Shown one piece after another: positions 28,197-37,216 of a stretch of DNA of 64,000 bases (within the stretch, counting starts at the first letter, position 1; every line of letters begins with the position of its first letter). Source of the DNA: Acidobacteriota bacterium (lineage in GTDB: Bacteria > Acidobacteriota > Thermoanaerobaculia > Thermoanaerobaculales > Sulfomarinibacteraceae); the NCBI GenBank assembly GCA_013152925.1, contig JAADFK010000092.1, forward strand, positions 167 through 64,166, written 5' to 3'. Below the pieces are notes generated by a model, which was given only the letters and a program-made list of their open reading frames with translations, ran no database searches and was not told where the DNA came from. Position numbers and translations under genes: made by a program.

Positions 28197-28343
28197 TCAC
28201 TTGCCTCCTTCCATCTGGCGCGTCACGCCCCGTCGAACCCAATGCGATTCATCGTGCCGGTAGCATATCAGGTTCCGCCCCGCTCGGGAAGCCCACACGG
28301 CCTTCCCGCGCCTGTGCCTCTCCCGGTGAGAACGGGCCGCATG

Positions 28344-29300
28344 CTACCTGAGCTTGCTCAGGTACCTGTAGAGCTCGGAATCCGTGCTCAACATCAGAAC
28401 GCCCTTGTCGTTCATCGTCCTCTCGTACGTCTTGAGGGTCTCCACGAGCCGGTAGAACTCCGGATCCCGCTGGTAGGCCTCCGCATAGATCCGTGTTGCC
28501 GTGGCCTCACCCTCGCCGAGGATCTTCTGTGACTTCCGGTACGCTTCCGAGTTGATTCGCTTGGATTCCTCCGTCACCTGGCCGGCGATCTCCGCTTTCT
28601 TGCCCTGGCCCAGAGCCCGGTACTTCTCGGCAATTCGGAGCTGCTGTGAAATCATCCGGTCGTAGACCTTTTGGAGGACCTTCTTGGTGTAATTGAGACG
28701 CTTGATTCTGAGATCGATCAGCCGGATCCCGAGGCCCTGCTCGTTCAACTTCTTCTGGGCCGACTCGATGATCTGCTCTGTCAGCTTTCCTCGAAGGCCG
28801 ACAACATCCTGTTTGCTCTGGCCGCCAGAGTCCCCAAGGGCCGTTTCCTCGGCGGAGATGGCCTCCTCTCCAAGCACCATCGACCGGTTGGAGGACCGCA
28901 CGATCTCGGGGAGCGTGTGGGCCGAGAGGGTATCCCGGACCAGGCCGTCCAGGATGTCGTCCAGCCGGCCCTGAGCGCCGGATTCATTGGCCACCTTCTT
29001 GTAGAAGGTCAGAGCGTTGGAGATCTGCCAGCGCGCATAGGTGTCCACGAAGATGAACTTGGAGTCCTTGGTCGGGATGACCTCCGGATCGCCATCCCAC
29101 TCCAGCACGCGCCGGTCGAAAAAGTAGACCTTCTGGATCAACGGCATCTTGAAGTGCAGGCCCGCCGCCGTCACCGGCGCCCCCACCGGAGAGCCCAGCT
29201 GAACGACGATGGCCTGTTGCCACTCCGGCAGTGTGTACACGGACCCCAGCAACACCAGCAGCAGGACGACGATGAGAGCAATGATGAAGGAGCGCGTCAT
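28344..29300 (-). CDS. hflC: HflC (SPFH/band-7 protease modulator)
   Basis: N-terminal TM segment, SPFH domain, 318 aa. ATGA overlap with the upstream hflK stop. Confidence 0.8.
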   Translation of the reverse strand: MTRSFIIALIVVLLLVLLGSVYTLPEWQQAIVVQLGSPVGAPVTAAGLHFKMPLIQKVYFFDRRVLEWDGDPEVIPTKDSKFIFVDTYARWQISNALTFYKKVANESGAQGRLDDILDGLVRDTLSAHTLPEIVRSSNRSMVLGEEAISAEETALGDSGGQSKQDVVGLRGKLTEQIIESAQKKLNEQGLGIRLIDLRIKRLNYTKKVLQKVYDRMISQQLRIAEKYRALGQGKKAEIAGQVTEESKRINSEAYRKSQKILGEGEATATRIYAEAYQRDPEFYRLVETLKTYERTMNDKGVLMLSTDSELYRYLSKLR

Positions 29301-30310
29301 TTGGCACCTCCGGAACCGCCGCCTCGAAGGTCGAGCAATGGGACCATCCCCTTCATGTTTTGATCGATCACGTAGACATGGCGGAGCTTCGGCAGGATCT
29401 TCTGCATCGTTTCCAGGAAGAGCCGGCGGCGTGTCACTTCAGGAGCCTTTCGGAAGGCGGCCAGCTGCAGCAGGAAGAACTCGGCATCACCGCGAGCCTC
29501 GTTGATCCGTTCGACCTTGCGGCCCTCTGCCTCCTTGACCATCTGCTCCGCCTCGCCCTTGACCCGGTAGATCACCTTGTTGTACTGCTGATACGCCTCG
29601 TTGATGGCCTGGTCCATCTCCTGGCGGGCCCGGTTGACCTCGTCGAAGGAGTCCTTCACGGGGGTCGGCGGATGAACGTCCTGCAACTGCACCAGCTTGA
29701 CGGTAATCCCGCACCCGTACATGTCCAGGAGCCTCTGCAACTTCTGCTTGGCGTCCAACTCCGTTTCCTGGCGTTTGAGCTGGAGGACCTCGTTGAACGA
29801 CTCGTCGCCGACGACCGCCCGCATGGCCGCCTCCGAGGCGTCCCGGAGCGTGTTGACCACCCCCCGGACGTTGAAGAGGTAGGCCTTGGCATCCCGGATC
29901 CTGTACTGCACCACCCAGGTGACCGTGGCGATGTTGAGGTCGCCAGTCAGCATGTTGGACTCGTCGGTGAAGTCCCCGGAGACGTACTGGGTCCGGATCC
30001 CCGCCCTGGCGGTGCGGAACCCGAATTCCTGTTTGAACTGGTAGTCGGTCTTCACCTTGTACACGCGATCGATACCGAAGGGCGCCTTGAGGTGCGGCCC
30101 CGGGCTGGCCGTTGTGAGGAACTTCCCGAAACGAAGCACCACCGCTGTTTCGTTGGGCTCCACCTGGTAGTACCCGGTCCCCAGCACGACCAGGACGAGG
30201 ATCACCAGGAGAATCACCCCGCCCTTGCCCTTGAACGGAAGTTTCGGTAGCTTCGCCTTTTGCTTCTTCATCTCGATGACGATATCGTCGAAGTCCATGT
30301 TGTCAGGCAT
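29297..30310 (-). CDS. hflK: HflK (SPFH/band-7 protease modulator)
   Basis: TM segment followed by an SPFH domain (YQVEPNETAVVLRFGKF...). I use the ATG at 30310 (MPDNMDFDD); the ORF track starts at 30349. Confidence 0.8.
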   Translation of the reverse strand: MPDNMDFDDIVIEMKKQKAKLPKLPFKGKGGVILLVILVLVVLGTGYYQVEPNETAVVLRFGKFLTTASPGPHLKAPFGIDRVYKVKTDYQFKQEFGFRTARAGIRTQYVSGDFTDESNMLTGDLNIATVTWVVQYRIRDAKAYLFNVRGVVNTLRDASEAAMRAVVGDESFNEVLQLKRQETELDAKQKLQRLLDMYGCGITVKLVQLQDVHPPTPVKDSFDEVNRARQEMDQAINEAYQQYNKVIYRVKGEAEQMVKEAEGRKVERINEARGDAEFFLLQLAAFRKAPEVTRRRLFLETMQKILPKLRHVYVIDQNMKGMVPLLDLRGGGSGGAK

Positions 30311-30711
30311 GTTCACTCCCTCACGCCGGCCGCTCGAGGCCAGGATCAAGCTGTTCGTTCGTTCTCTGCATACGTCATGCCCGCCATTGTACCCTGATTC
30401 GCGGCCCCTGAACGCCGCCCGTCACGGCACCGTTGATCTGCGCTGCCCTCACCCGCCGGTGTGAAACCAGCGGGGGGCGTTCACCGGCCTCGTGACCACA
30501 CCCGTCCGACCGGAAAGGTGCCGAGGAATCTCCCTCGGCAATGAGGGCGCCGGGGCCCACGGCTGGCCGCCCGGCGATCCAGGCTGCGCATCACGGACTC
30601 TCTCCCGACGTGGCCTCGTAAACCGTTTCGTGCCAGCCTGGGTCCGGGATTCTGTGGTACATTGGGGACCCATCCACCGCTGGAGGAATCCAGGGGATTC
30701 CGGGAGGCACA

Positions 30712-31137
30712 ATGGGCATCAACAAGGTGATTCTCGTCGGAAACGTTGGCAACGACCCCGAATCGCGCGCTCTGCCGAGCGGCACCACTCTGTGCAAGTT
30801 CCGTGTCGCCACCACCGAGCCACGATTCAAGGACCGGGAAACGGGGGAGCCCCACACTGAGTGGCATAACATCGTTGCCTGGGGCAAGCTCGCAGAGATC
30901 TGCGGCCAGTACGTTCGCCGTGGCATGCAGGTCTACATCGAGGGACGCATCCGTACGAGAACCTACGAGCAGGACGGACAGAAGAAGTACTTCACGGAGA
31001 TCAATGCCGACGTGGTCGAGTTCCTCAGCCGGCGTGACGGCCCGGCCGGAGGCGGTGGCGGCAGATCCACCCCCTCCAGCCCACCGGATGACGCCGGCGG
31101 AACCTTCCCCGCCGACAACGACGACGTTCCGTTCTGA
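30712..31137 (+). CDS. ssb: Single-stranded DNA-binding protein
   Basis: MGINKVILVGNVGNDPE OB-fold N-terminus, Gly-rich linker and the bacterial acidic tail DDVPF. Confidence 0.95.
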   Translation: MGINKVILVGNVGNDPESRALPSGTTLCKFRVATTEPRFKDRETGEPHTEWHNIVAWGKLAEICGQYVRRGMQVYIEGRIRTRTYEQDGQKKYFTEINADVVEFLSRRDGPAGGGGGRSTPSSPPDDAGGTFPADNDDVPF

Positions 31138-31164
31138 TCCCGGCCTTCGAGGATCGACGCCCAC

Positions 31165-31190
31165 CGCCCCGGGAGACGCCGGGGCGTTTT
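31165..31190 (+). terminator. Intrinsic terminator after ssb
   Basis: Hairpin cgccccgg-gagacg-ccggggcg followed by tttt. Confidence 0.6.
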
Positions 31191-31402
31191 CGCTGGAGTC
31201 ATGGCGTGGCCGAGGGGCGCGGTTCGCCAATCCACAGGGAAACGGAAGAACGCGTGGGACGAAGCACGGGCTGATCGCTTCGCCGGGTCCTGTTTCTGTG
31301 TTCCTGCCGTTCTCTGCGAGAGCCTTCCTCCCCTTCCATCGGAGGGCGGAATGGCCTATCCTTCCCGGGAGGCCGGCCGGCGCCGGCAGCACGGAGGCGA
31401 CC

Positions 31403-31582
31403 ATGAGCGGACCTGTATGGAAGCGCAGCACGGACGGGCCCTTCACCTGTGATATCTGTCTTGCCGAGACCGGCAACGCCTATCTCGAAGGGTACGTCAA
31501 GGACGCCCGGTTCCACGTTATCCGCGTGCTCTGCGAGGATTGCTACCGGAACAACGTGCACCTCCTCCAAAAGGCTTCCTGA
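31403..31582 (+). CDS. Small zinc-ribbon-like protein (CxxC...CxxC), function unknown
   Basis: 59 aa (MSGPVWKRSTDGPFTCDICL...VLCEDCYRNN). GGAGG RBS lies 6 nt upstream of the ATG. Confidence 0.45.
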   Translation: MSGPVWKRSTDGPFTCDICLAETGNAYLEGYVKDARFHVIRVLCEDCYRNNVHLLQKAS

Positions 31583-31600
31583 ATGGCACCCAGGGTCTCG

Positions 31601-31629
31601 TTGACAGGCCGGGCGCCTGATCGTAGGAT
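31601..31629 (+). promoter_or_regulatory. Sigma-70-type promoter for tRNA-Arg
   Basis: TTGACA (31601-31606), 17-nt spacer, TAGGAT (31624-31629). It ends 13 nt before the tRNA 5' end. Confidence 0.55.
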
Positions 31630-31641
31630 TCCTTCGGCCAC

Positions 31642-31718
31642 GGGGCTGTAGCTCAGGTGGATAGAGCAGAGGTTTCCTAAACCTTTGGTCGGGGGTTCGA
31701 GTCCCTCCAGCCCCGCCA
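31642..31718 (+). tRNA. tRNA-Arg (anticodon CCT), CCA encoded
   Basis: Manual fold: acceptor GGGGCTG/CAGCCCC, D arm GCTC/GAGC, anticodon stem GAGGT/ACCTT with loop TTCCTAA, T arm GGGGG-TTCGAGT-CCCTC. 77 nt. Confidence 0.9.
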
Positions 31719-31866
31719 GACCATTCCTGCCTCCAGTGGGCATCTCGTGTACCGATACGGGACGCGGTGTTCTGTTTCGGATCAGAGCTGCCCAGCACCC
31801 AGCTCCCGTTGCACGCGACATGTTGGCACCAGTCTTGCTCTCTACAGGATAGGCAGGAGGGACAAC

Positions 31867-32283
31867 ATGATGAACGAACGACGCACAGCTCCACGCAAGG
31901 CTCTGGACGATACGGTGGTCGCCCGGACCCGGACGACGACAACCGTCCGGGTCCTCGACATCTCCCTCGGCGGCATGCGAGTACAGAGTGAAGAGCCGCT
32001 GGCACCGCACAAGGAGCTCGTCGTATGGCTTCCCACCCGCCACGGCGAGATTCGGCTCAGGGCGAACGTCCTGAGATGCCGCGCCCGTTTTCTCAAGCTG
32101 CCGCTGACCTCCGGTGCCGTGTTGGTCTACGACGCCGGTCTCCAGTTCTCCGAAATGTCCGCACGCGAACGGCGTTTGATCGAGGAGAGCTTTTTCGACG
32201 AGAGCGGCAAGAGCATCGGCAACGAGACCAACGCCTTGCTGGCCCTGACGGAAGCGATCAACGAAACGGTCAAGACAGCCTGA
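31867..32283 (+). CDS. PilZ-domain protein (putative c-di-GMP receptor)
   Basis: RxxxR motif (ERRTAPRK) and D/NxSxxG motif (LDISLGGMRV). ATG at 31867 follows the GGAGGGA RBS. Confidence 0.7.
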   Translation: MMNERRTAPRKALDDTVVARTRTTTTVRVLDISLGGMRVQSEEPLAPHKELVVWLPTRHGEIRLRANVLRCRARFLKLPLTSGAVLVYDAGLQFSEMSARERRLIEESFFDESGKSIGNETNALLALTEAINETVKTA

Positions 32284-32386
32284 GCGATCCGGCCGTCTCC
32301 TGCGTGTCTCTCCTTCTTCCTGAAGCGGCCCCACGTGATTCCTCCGGGGCCACTGTCATTATTGAGGCCGCCGATTGGAACGAATC

Positions 32387-35359
32387 TCAGTCGGGAAGGA
32401 CCACTCCCCGGCCAACCCTCCCATCCACGAGGATCCGAAGCGGCTTGCTCGTCCGGTAATGCCGGATGATCCCCTCCATCTGTTCCTCGATCACCTCCAG
32501 GCGCTCGAAAAAGTCCCAGTCAATCCTCCCCTCGCCACGGTTTGGGTGTACCGTAAAGTATGGGATCCCAAAACACGCCAGGTTGTGGAAAAAATGGGAC
32601 CCCTGTGAGGGCTCCACTTCGAGGTCGGTGAAGTCGGTCTCGACGATGGCCCGGGCCGATGAGATCTGGGACCACGCCACGGGAATCCCCAGCCACTGGT
32701 CCCGCGAGCCCCAGCGCCCGGGACCGATCAAGAGGCAGGCCCTGTCCTGCCGTTGCAGGTGGGCATTGATCTCAGTAATGTAGCCGGCGGCCTCGATGGT
32801 TCGTGAACGGTCGAACCGGCGGAAATCCACCACCACGATGTCGAAGATGTCCTCTCGCACACCGTGCCCGAGCACGCGCTCCGAGTGGACCACCGCCCGT
32901 TTCAGATCCTCGGCCTCCACCTCGATCTCTTCACGTCCCTGCTCCACCACCATGGGCCTGACCTGCAGGACGTTGAAGGCCGGGATCCCCTCCTCTTTGG
33001 CCTCCAGCTCGACGGCGAACTCGACCTCCACCGGCGTACCCATTCCGTCGGAGATCAGGGCCAGGATCTTCTCCAGGATCTCCGGCAGGGGAAAGAACAT
33101 CCCCTTGAGCAACGGCCCGAAGGTGATCAGGTGGGTTCCCCCCTTTTCGATACCGCTGACGATCGTGTCGTTGGCCGGCAGGTAGGTCGACCCGATCAGC
33201 GTGGCGGCTCCGTCCTCGACGGCCGCCTCGATGCCGGGCCGGAGAAGGTTGGCGTCGGGTTGGGCACCGGGGATGACGTCGTCCGCGGCCATGTCCAGGA
33301 CGTAGAAACGCCGCTGCGAGTTCTGGAGAACGTCCTTGACCGACGAGAGCTGCGGCAGGACCCGCGGATAGCGCGGACTAAAGCGCAAGGCCTCGAAGCC
33401 CTCGACCACCGACTTGCCCAGGCCAAGGGCAACCAGCGCCACGCCGTCCTCCGGCGTCATGTCCCGAAAGGGGTAGAAGTTGTAGGAGGAGGCCACGCCG
33501 GAGAAGGTCGGGTAGAAACGGTCTCCCCGGCGTTTGCCAACAACCTTCTGGAGCAGCACCGCCATCCGTTCTTCCTCGATCCGATGGGGCGTTGCGGCCA
33601 GGTAGCTGCGAGCGTCCTCCTGGAAGGTCGATGCGTAAACCACCTTGATGGCCTCGAGAAGCTGTGCCAGCCTGATGTCCAGGGAGGGGTGGTTGTTGGG
33701 CAGCATGACGGTGTCGTAGACGCCGGCGAAGGGCTGGTAGAGGGAGTCTTCGAGGATGCTGGACGAACGGACGGCAATGGGCGCGGTGACGTGCTCCAGG
33801 TACGCTGCCAGCTCCGCCCGGCGCTCATGGGGAAAGCGGGCACGGCGGAAGATATCCAGGACCTCCCGGTCGGAGAGTGAGCTCGAATCCCGCACGAGGC
33901 CTCCGAGCCCGTTTGTCTCCAGGAATTCCTCGAAGACATCGCTCGCCAGGACGACCGTCGGGGGCACCGTGATCTCCACACCGGGGACCAGGGAATGTTC
34001 CCTGGCCAGGAGCTTCAAGACGAAGGCCAGCCCCCTCCCCTTGCCCCCGAGCGACCCCGAGCCGATCTTGGCGAAGGCCACGAGCTCGTCGTATTTCTCG
34101 ACGTTGAAGTCGGTGATCGTGTGCCGTTGAATCTCCCGCAGGTAGCTTCTGATCGTGGCATCGAGGAACTCCCGGAGCTCCCGCACCGATTGGAACTCCC
34201 CCACCTGGCGCGGCCGTAGCATGGAGGCCAGCTCGAACTCCGTACGTGCCTTGAGCCAGGTGGAAAAGTGATTCCTGCCGGCGTGAAAGACCAGGGATTC
34301 GTCGGGAATCGATGGTAGAACGCGCAGCATCTCCCGGAGATCGTGGGCGCGACCCACGGGGCTGCCGTCCGGGAGCTTGAACACGAAGTCACCGAAGCCA
34401 AAGTGCTCGAGGATGAAACGCCGGAGCTCCTCGAGAAGGGTCGGCGACCGCTTTTGCAGGAAGGCGGCTCCCACGGCCTCGGCCTCGGCTTCGTGCTCGG
34501 CAACGGTCGACTGGAGGAGAATCGGGACGTCCGGGTCCATCTCTCGCACCTTGCGGGCGAGGAGGATCCCGGCGTCGTCCACCACCTCTCCTCCCATGGG
34601 GAAGGCCACGTCGGAGATGATCCCCAGCACGTTGCCTCGGTAGCGTTCGAAGAGGTCCCACGCCTCCTCGAAGCCCTGGGCGAGCAGGATCTTGGGGCGA
34701 GCACGGATGCGAAGCAGCCGGTGCGAGAGGTTGAGACCCTCTGCCATCAGCCGGCCCGTCTGTGTCGTGACCTCGGTGTAGATGTGCGGGAGGTACGCCG
34801 AGTAGAAGCGGACCTCGTCCTCCACCAGGATGATCGCCTGGACGCCGCCCTCAATGACATCGTGGTCGGCGTTCCGCCGGTCCTCCACCTGCTTGATCAT
34901 GGCCAGCAACGCCTTGACGTCGCCCTGCCACAGGAAGAGCCAGTCCACCTCCCCGGTCAGGCGCATGGACTCCAGGGTCGGCAGGTCCCAGGCGTGCGCC
35001 GCCAGGACCCCGATGGCGAGCTTGGGGTCGCCCTCCTTGACACGCTGGATGAAGCTCCGGATATCGGTGTCCGGGAGCCGCGGCGTGACCACGAGAAGGT
35101 CGAAGGAGCGGTCCCGCAACAGCTCGAAGGCCTCGCGGGCATCGTGCGCCCGCGTGAACCGCGGCGCATAGCGCAGGTTGAGGTCCAGGTTCCGGTACTC
35201 CTGGAAGATCAACTCCGTCAGCTGGCCGTCCTCCTCCAGAACAAAGGCATCGTACCTGGAGGCCACCAGCAGGATCTCGCGGACCCGGTACGACATCAGG
35301 GCGGAGAACTCCTCGGTCCGCATACCGTACCGGCTCGTCAGCTCCATGTGCTCCGTCAT
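32387..35359 (-). CDS. Tandem receiver-like domains fused to a PPDK_N-type (PEP/pyruvate-binding, ATP-grasp) domain; uncharacterised
   Basis: REC1 is degenerate: Thr sits at the phospho-acceptor position (FDLLVVTPRLPD). REC2 is canonical-looking (IILVEDE ... GIISDVAFP ... ILLQS ... FLQK). The PPDK_N nucleotide-binding motif is present (GSGSLGGKGRGLAF). I see no swivel phospho-His motif. ATG at 35359. Confidence 0.75.
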   Translation of the reverse strand: MTEHMELTSRYGMRTEEFSALMSYRVREILLVASRYDAFVLEEDGQLTELIFQEYRNLDLNLRYAPRFTRAHDAREAFELLRDRSFDLLVVTPRLPDTDIRSFIQRVKEGDPKLAIGVLAAHAWDLPTLESMRLTGEVDWLFLWQGDVKALLAMIKQVEDRRNADHDVIEGGVQAIILVEDEVRFYSAYLPHIYTEVTTQTGRLMAEGLNLSHRLLRIRARPKILLAQGFEEAWDLFERYRGNVLGIISDVAFPMGGEVVDDAGILLARKVREMDPDVPILLQSTVAEHEAEAEAVGAAFLQKRSPTLLEELRRFILEHFGFGDFVFKLPDGSPVGRAHDLREMLRVLPSIPDESLVFHAGRNHFSTWLKARTEFELASMLRPRQVGEFQSVRELREFLDATIRSYLREIQRHTITDFNVEKYDELVAFAKIGSGSLGGKGRGLAFVLKLLAREHSLVPGVEITVPPTVVLASDVFEEFLETNGLGGLVRDSSSLSDREVLDIFRRARFPHERRAELAAYLEHVTAPIAVRSSSILEDSLYQPFAGVYDTVMLPNNHPSLDIRLAQLLEAIKVVYASTFQEDARSYLAATPHRIEEERMAVLLQKVVGKRRGDRFYPTFSGVASSYNFYPFRDMTPEDGVALVALGLGKSVVEGFEALRFSPRYPRVLPQLSSVKDVLQNSQRRFYVLDMAADDVIPGAQPDANLLRPGIEAAVEDGAATLIGSTYLPANDTIVSGIEKGGTHLITFGPLLKGMFFPLPEILEKILALISDGMGTPVEVEFAVELEAKEEGIPAFNVLQVRPMVVEQGREEIEVEAEDLKRAVVHSERVLGHGVREDIFDIVVVDFRRFDRSRTIEAAGYITEINAHLQRQDRACLLIGPGRWGSRDQWLGIPVAWSQISSARAIVETDFTDLEVEPSQGSHFFHNLACFGIPYFTVHPNRGEGRIDWDFFERLEVIEEQMEGIIRHYRTSKPLRILVDGRVGRGVVLPD

Positions 35360-35691
35360 GCGCTCTCCCCGTGTGGCCTGCTCGGGGCCGGCCGTCCCGG
35401 CGCCACCCATGGTACCGCGGACAGCTCGCCGGCGGATTCGGCTTTCGCCGGCCCTTCCACTCGCCTCCCGCCACGGGCTCCTCTTCCTTCTTTCCGCGCT
35501 GACCATGGCCATGGGCTTCATCGCCCCGAGCGCGGTCGCCGAGCAACCGGAACGTCCACACAAGACCGTTCCGGAAGAGCTGTCTCCCCTCCTCCAGGGG
35601 CTCCAGAGGATCCTGCGGACAGATCGCAGCTTCCGGCGGCTCCTGGCGGCGGAGCTCCTTCTGCGGACGATCCACCCTCAGGAGCTGCGCT

Positions 35692-35729
35692 GTTCCCATC
35701 CAGGTCCCTGGATGGGAACCTGCTAGAAT
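35692..35729 (+). promoter_or_regulatory. Perfect 13-bp-arm palindrome abutting an extended -10 element upstream of the FHA gene
   Basis: gttcccatccagg-tc-cctggatgggaac (35692-35719), then TGcTAGAAT (35721-35729), about 40 nt upstream of the FHA ATG. Confidence 0.45.
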
Positions 35730-35769
35730 TCCATCGAAAAGGGTAGGGGCATCACACAAGGAGGTTACG

Positions 35770-36723
35770 ATGGAGGAGCTGGGCACCATCGACACGTCGG
35801 CTGCCGAAGCGCTGGAGGGGATCACCAGCGAGCTGGAGACTCTGGTGGAACGTCTCAGGAGGCTGGAGGGCCGCCGGGGCAAGGTTTCCGAAGAGGTCTA
35901 CGAGCGAGTCCATGCCGACTACCAGTCCCGCAAGGACTCGCTGGAGGCCGAAGCCTCACCCCTGAGGGAACAGGTTCTCGGGCAGTATGCCGCGGTCAGG
36001 GAGGCGCTCGAGTCCCTGGAAGAAGCCGCCCGGCAGCTGGCGCTCCAGAAGGAGGAGGTGGACCTGCGCCGGGACCTGGGCGAGCTCACGGACGAGGCAT
36101 ACGCCCAACGGATGCAGGAGATTGCAGGCGACATCGAGGAGAACGAGAAACAGCTCACCGAGGCCCGGCGGTTTCGGGACCTCTTCGCCCTCGCGCTGAG
36201 GGAAGAGCCGGAAGCCGGCGCCGGGTCGGCCAATAGCTCCACGCAACCCCTTCTGCAACTCGACGGGGAGAGCACAACGGGGGCGCCGGACATCCCATTC
36301 CCGGAGGCGGCGGACGAGGCGGCCACCGCGGAGGATGCAGGCGAAACCCCAGCCGCCGGGACGGAAGCGGCCGAGGCCGCTGCCGAAGAGCCGGCGGACG
36401 AGCCCTACGCGGGCGACGCCACGGTCTTCATCCAGTGGCCCAAGCTGGTCGGCCAGGCCGAGGACGGCTCCACCGTCGAGTACCCCGTGGCCGGCTCCCG
36501 AACGACCCTGGGACGGGACCCCGAGAACGACATCGCCCTATCCGGCAAGAAGGTTTCCAAGATGCACGCCGAGATCGTGCTCGTGGAGGACGGGTTCGAG
36601 ATCCGCGATCTCGAATCGACCGCGGGAACGCTGGTCAACGGTGTCCAGGTCACCTCCTGGAAGCTCTCCAACGGCGACAGCGTGCAGTTGGGAGACGTTG
36701 TTCTGGTCTTCATGGAGTCCTGA
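35770..36723 (+). CDS. FHA-domain protein with N-terminal coiled-coil and acidic linker
   Basis: C-terminal FHA signature (TTLGRDPENDIALSGKKVSKMHAEIVL...GTLVNGVQV). AAGGAGG RBS. Confidence 0.8.
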   Translation: MEELGTIDTSAAEALEGITSELETLVERLRRLEGRRGKVSEEVYERVHADYQSRKDSLEAEASPLREQVLGQYAAVREALESLEEAARQLALQKEEVDLRRDLGELTDEAYAQRMQEIAGDIEENEKQLTEARRFRDLFALALREEPEAGAGSANSSTQPLLQLDGESTTGAPDIPFPEAADEAATAEDAGETPAAGTEAAEAAAEEPADEPYAGDATVFIQWPKLVGQAEDGSTVEYPVAGSRTTLGRDPENDIALSGKKVSKMHAEIVLVEDGFEIRDLESTAGTLVNGVQVTSWKLSNGDSVQLGDVVLVFMES

Positions 36724-36725
36724 CC

Positions 36726-37034
36726 ATGCACGTCATCGCCGATCTCAGCATCGTTCCCATCGGCGTCGGCACCTCGCTCTCCCGCTACGTGGCGGCCTGT
36801 GAGAAGGTCCTGGCGGAAGCGGGGTTGAAAACCCGCCTTCATGCCTATGGCACCAACGTTGAGGGCGAGTGGGACGTGGTCTTCGCCGCCCTCAAGCGCT
36901 GTCACCAGGTGCTCCACGAGATGGGCGTCCCCCGCGTCTCCACCAACCTGCGCTGCGGCACTCGCATCGACCGCCGGCAGTCCATGGACGAAAAGACGGC
37001 CAGCGTCGAGTCGAAGCTCCGGGCCGAGGGCTGA
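36726..37034 (+). CDS. MTH1187/YkoF-family (DUF77) thiamine-binding-like protein
   Basis: 102 aa (MHVIADLSIVPIGVGTSLSRYVAACEKVLAEAGL...). Starts 3 nt after the FHA stop. Confidence 0.75.
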   Translation: MHVIADLSIVPIGVGTSLSRYVAACEKVLAEAGLKTRLHAYGTNVEGEWDVVFAALKRCHQVLHEMGVPRVSTNLRCGTRIDRRQSMDEKTASVESKLRAEG

Positions 37035-37216
37035 GGCTCCGCTCTGAGGACCGGGGGCGGAGAGCTCGCGACGCACCGGCGCCACGCGATGCCGGCAGGC
37101 CGGGAGCACCGGCTCCCGGCGTCACCCAGGTTGTGGAGCATTGCGATCCACCCAAGGCACCGTTCGTGCCGGGTCCCGGGCTCCCCTCCGGGCGCCGGCT
37201 GGGGTAGAGTCACACC

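Noticed and set aside
30481-31476. 331-aa minus-strand ORF antisense to ssb
   Set aside because: It is a shadow ORF opposite an unambiguous ssb gene.
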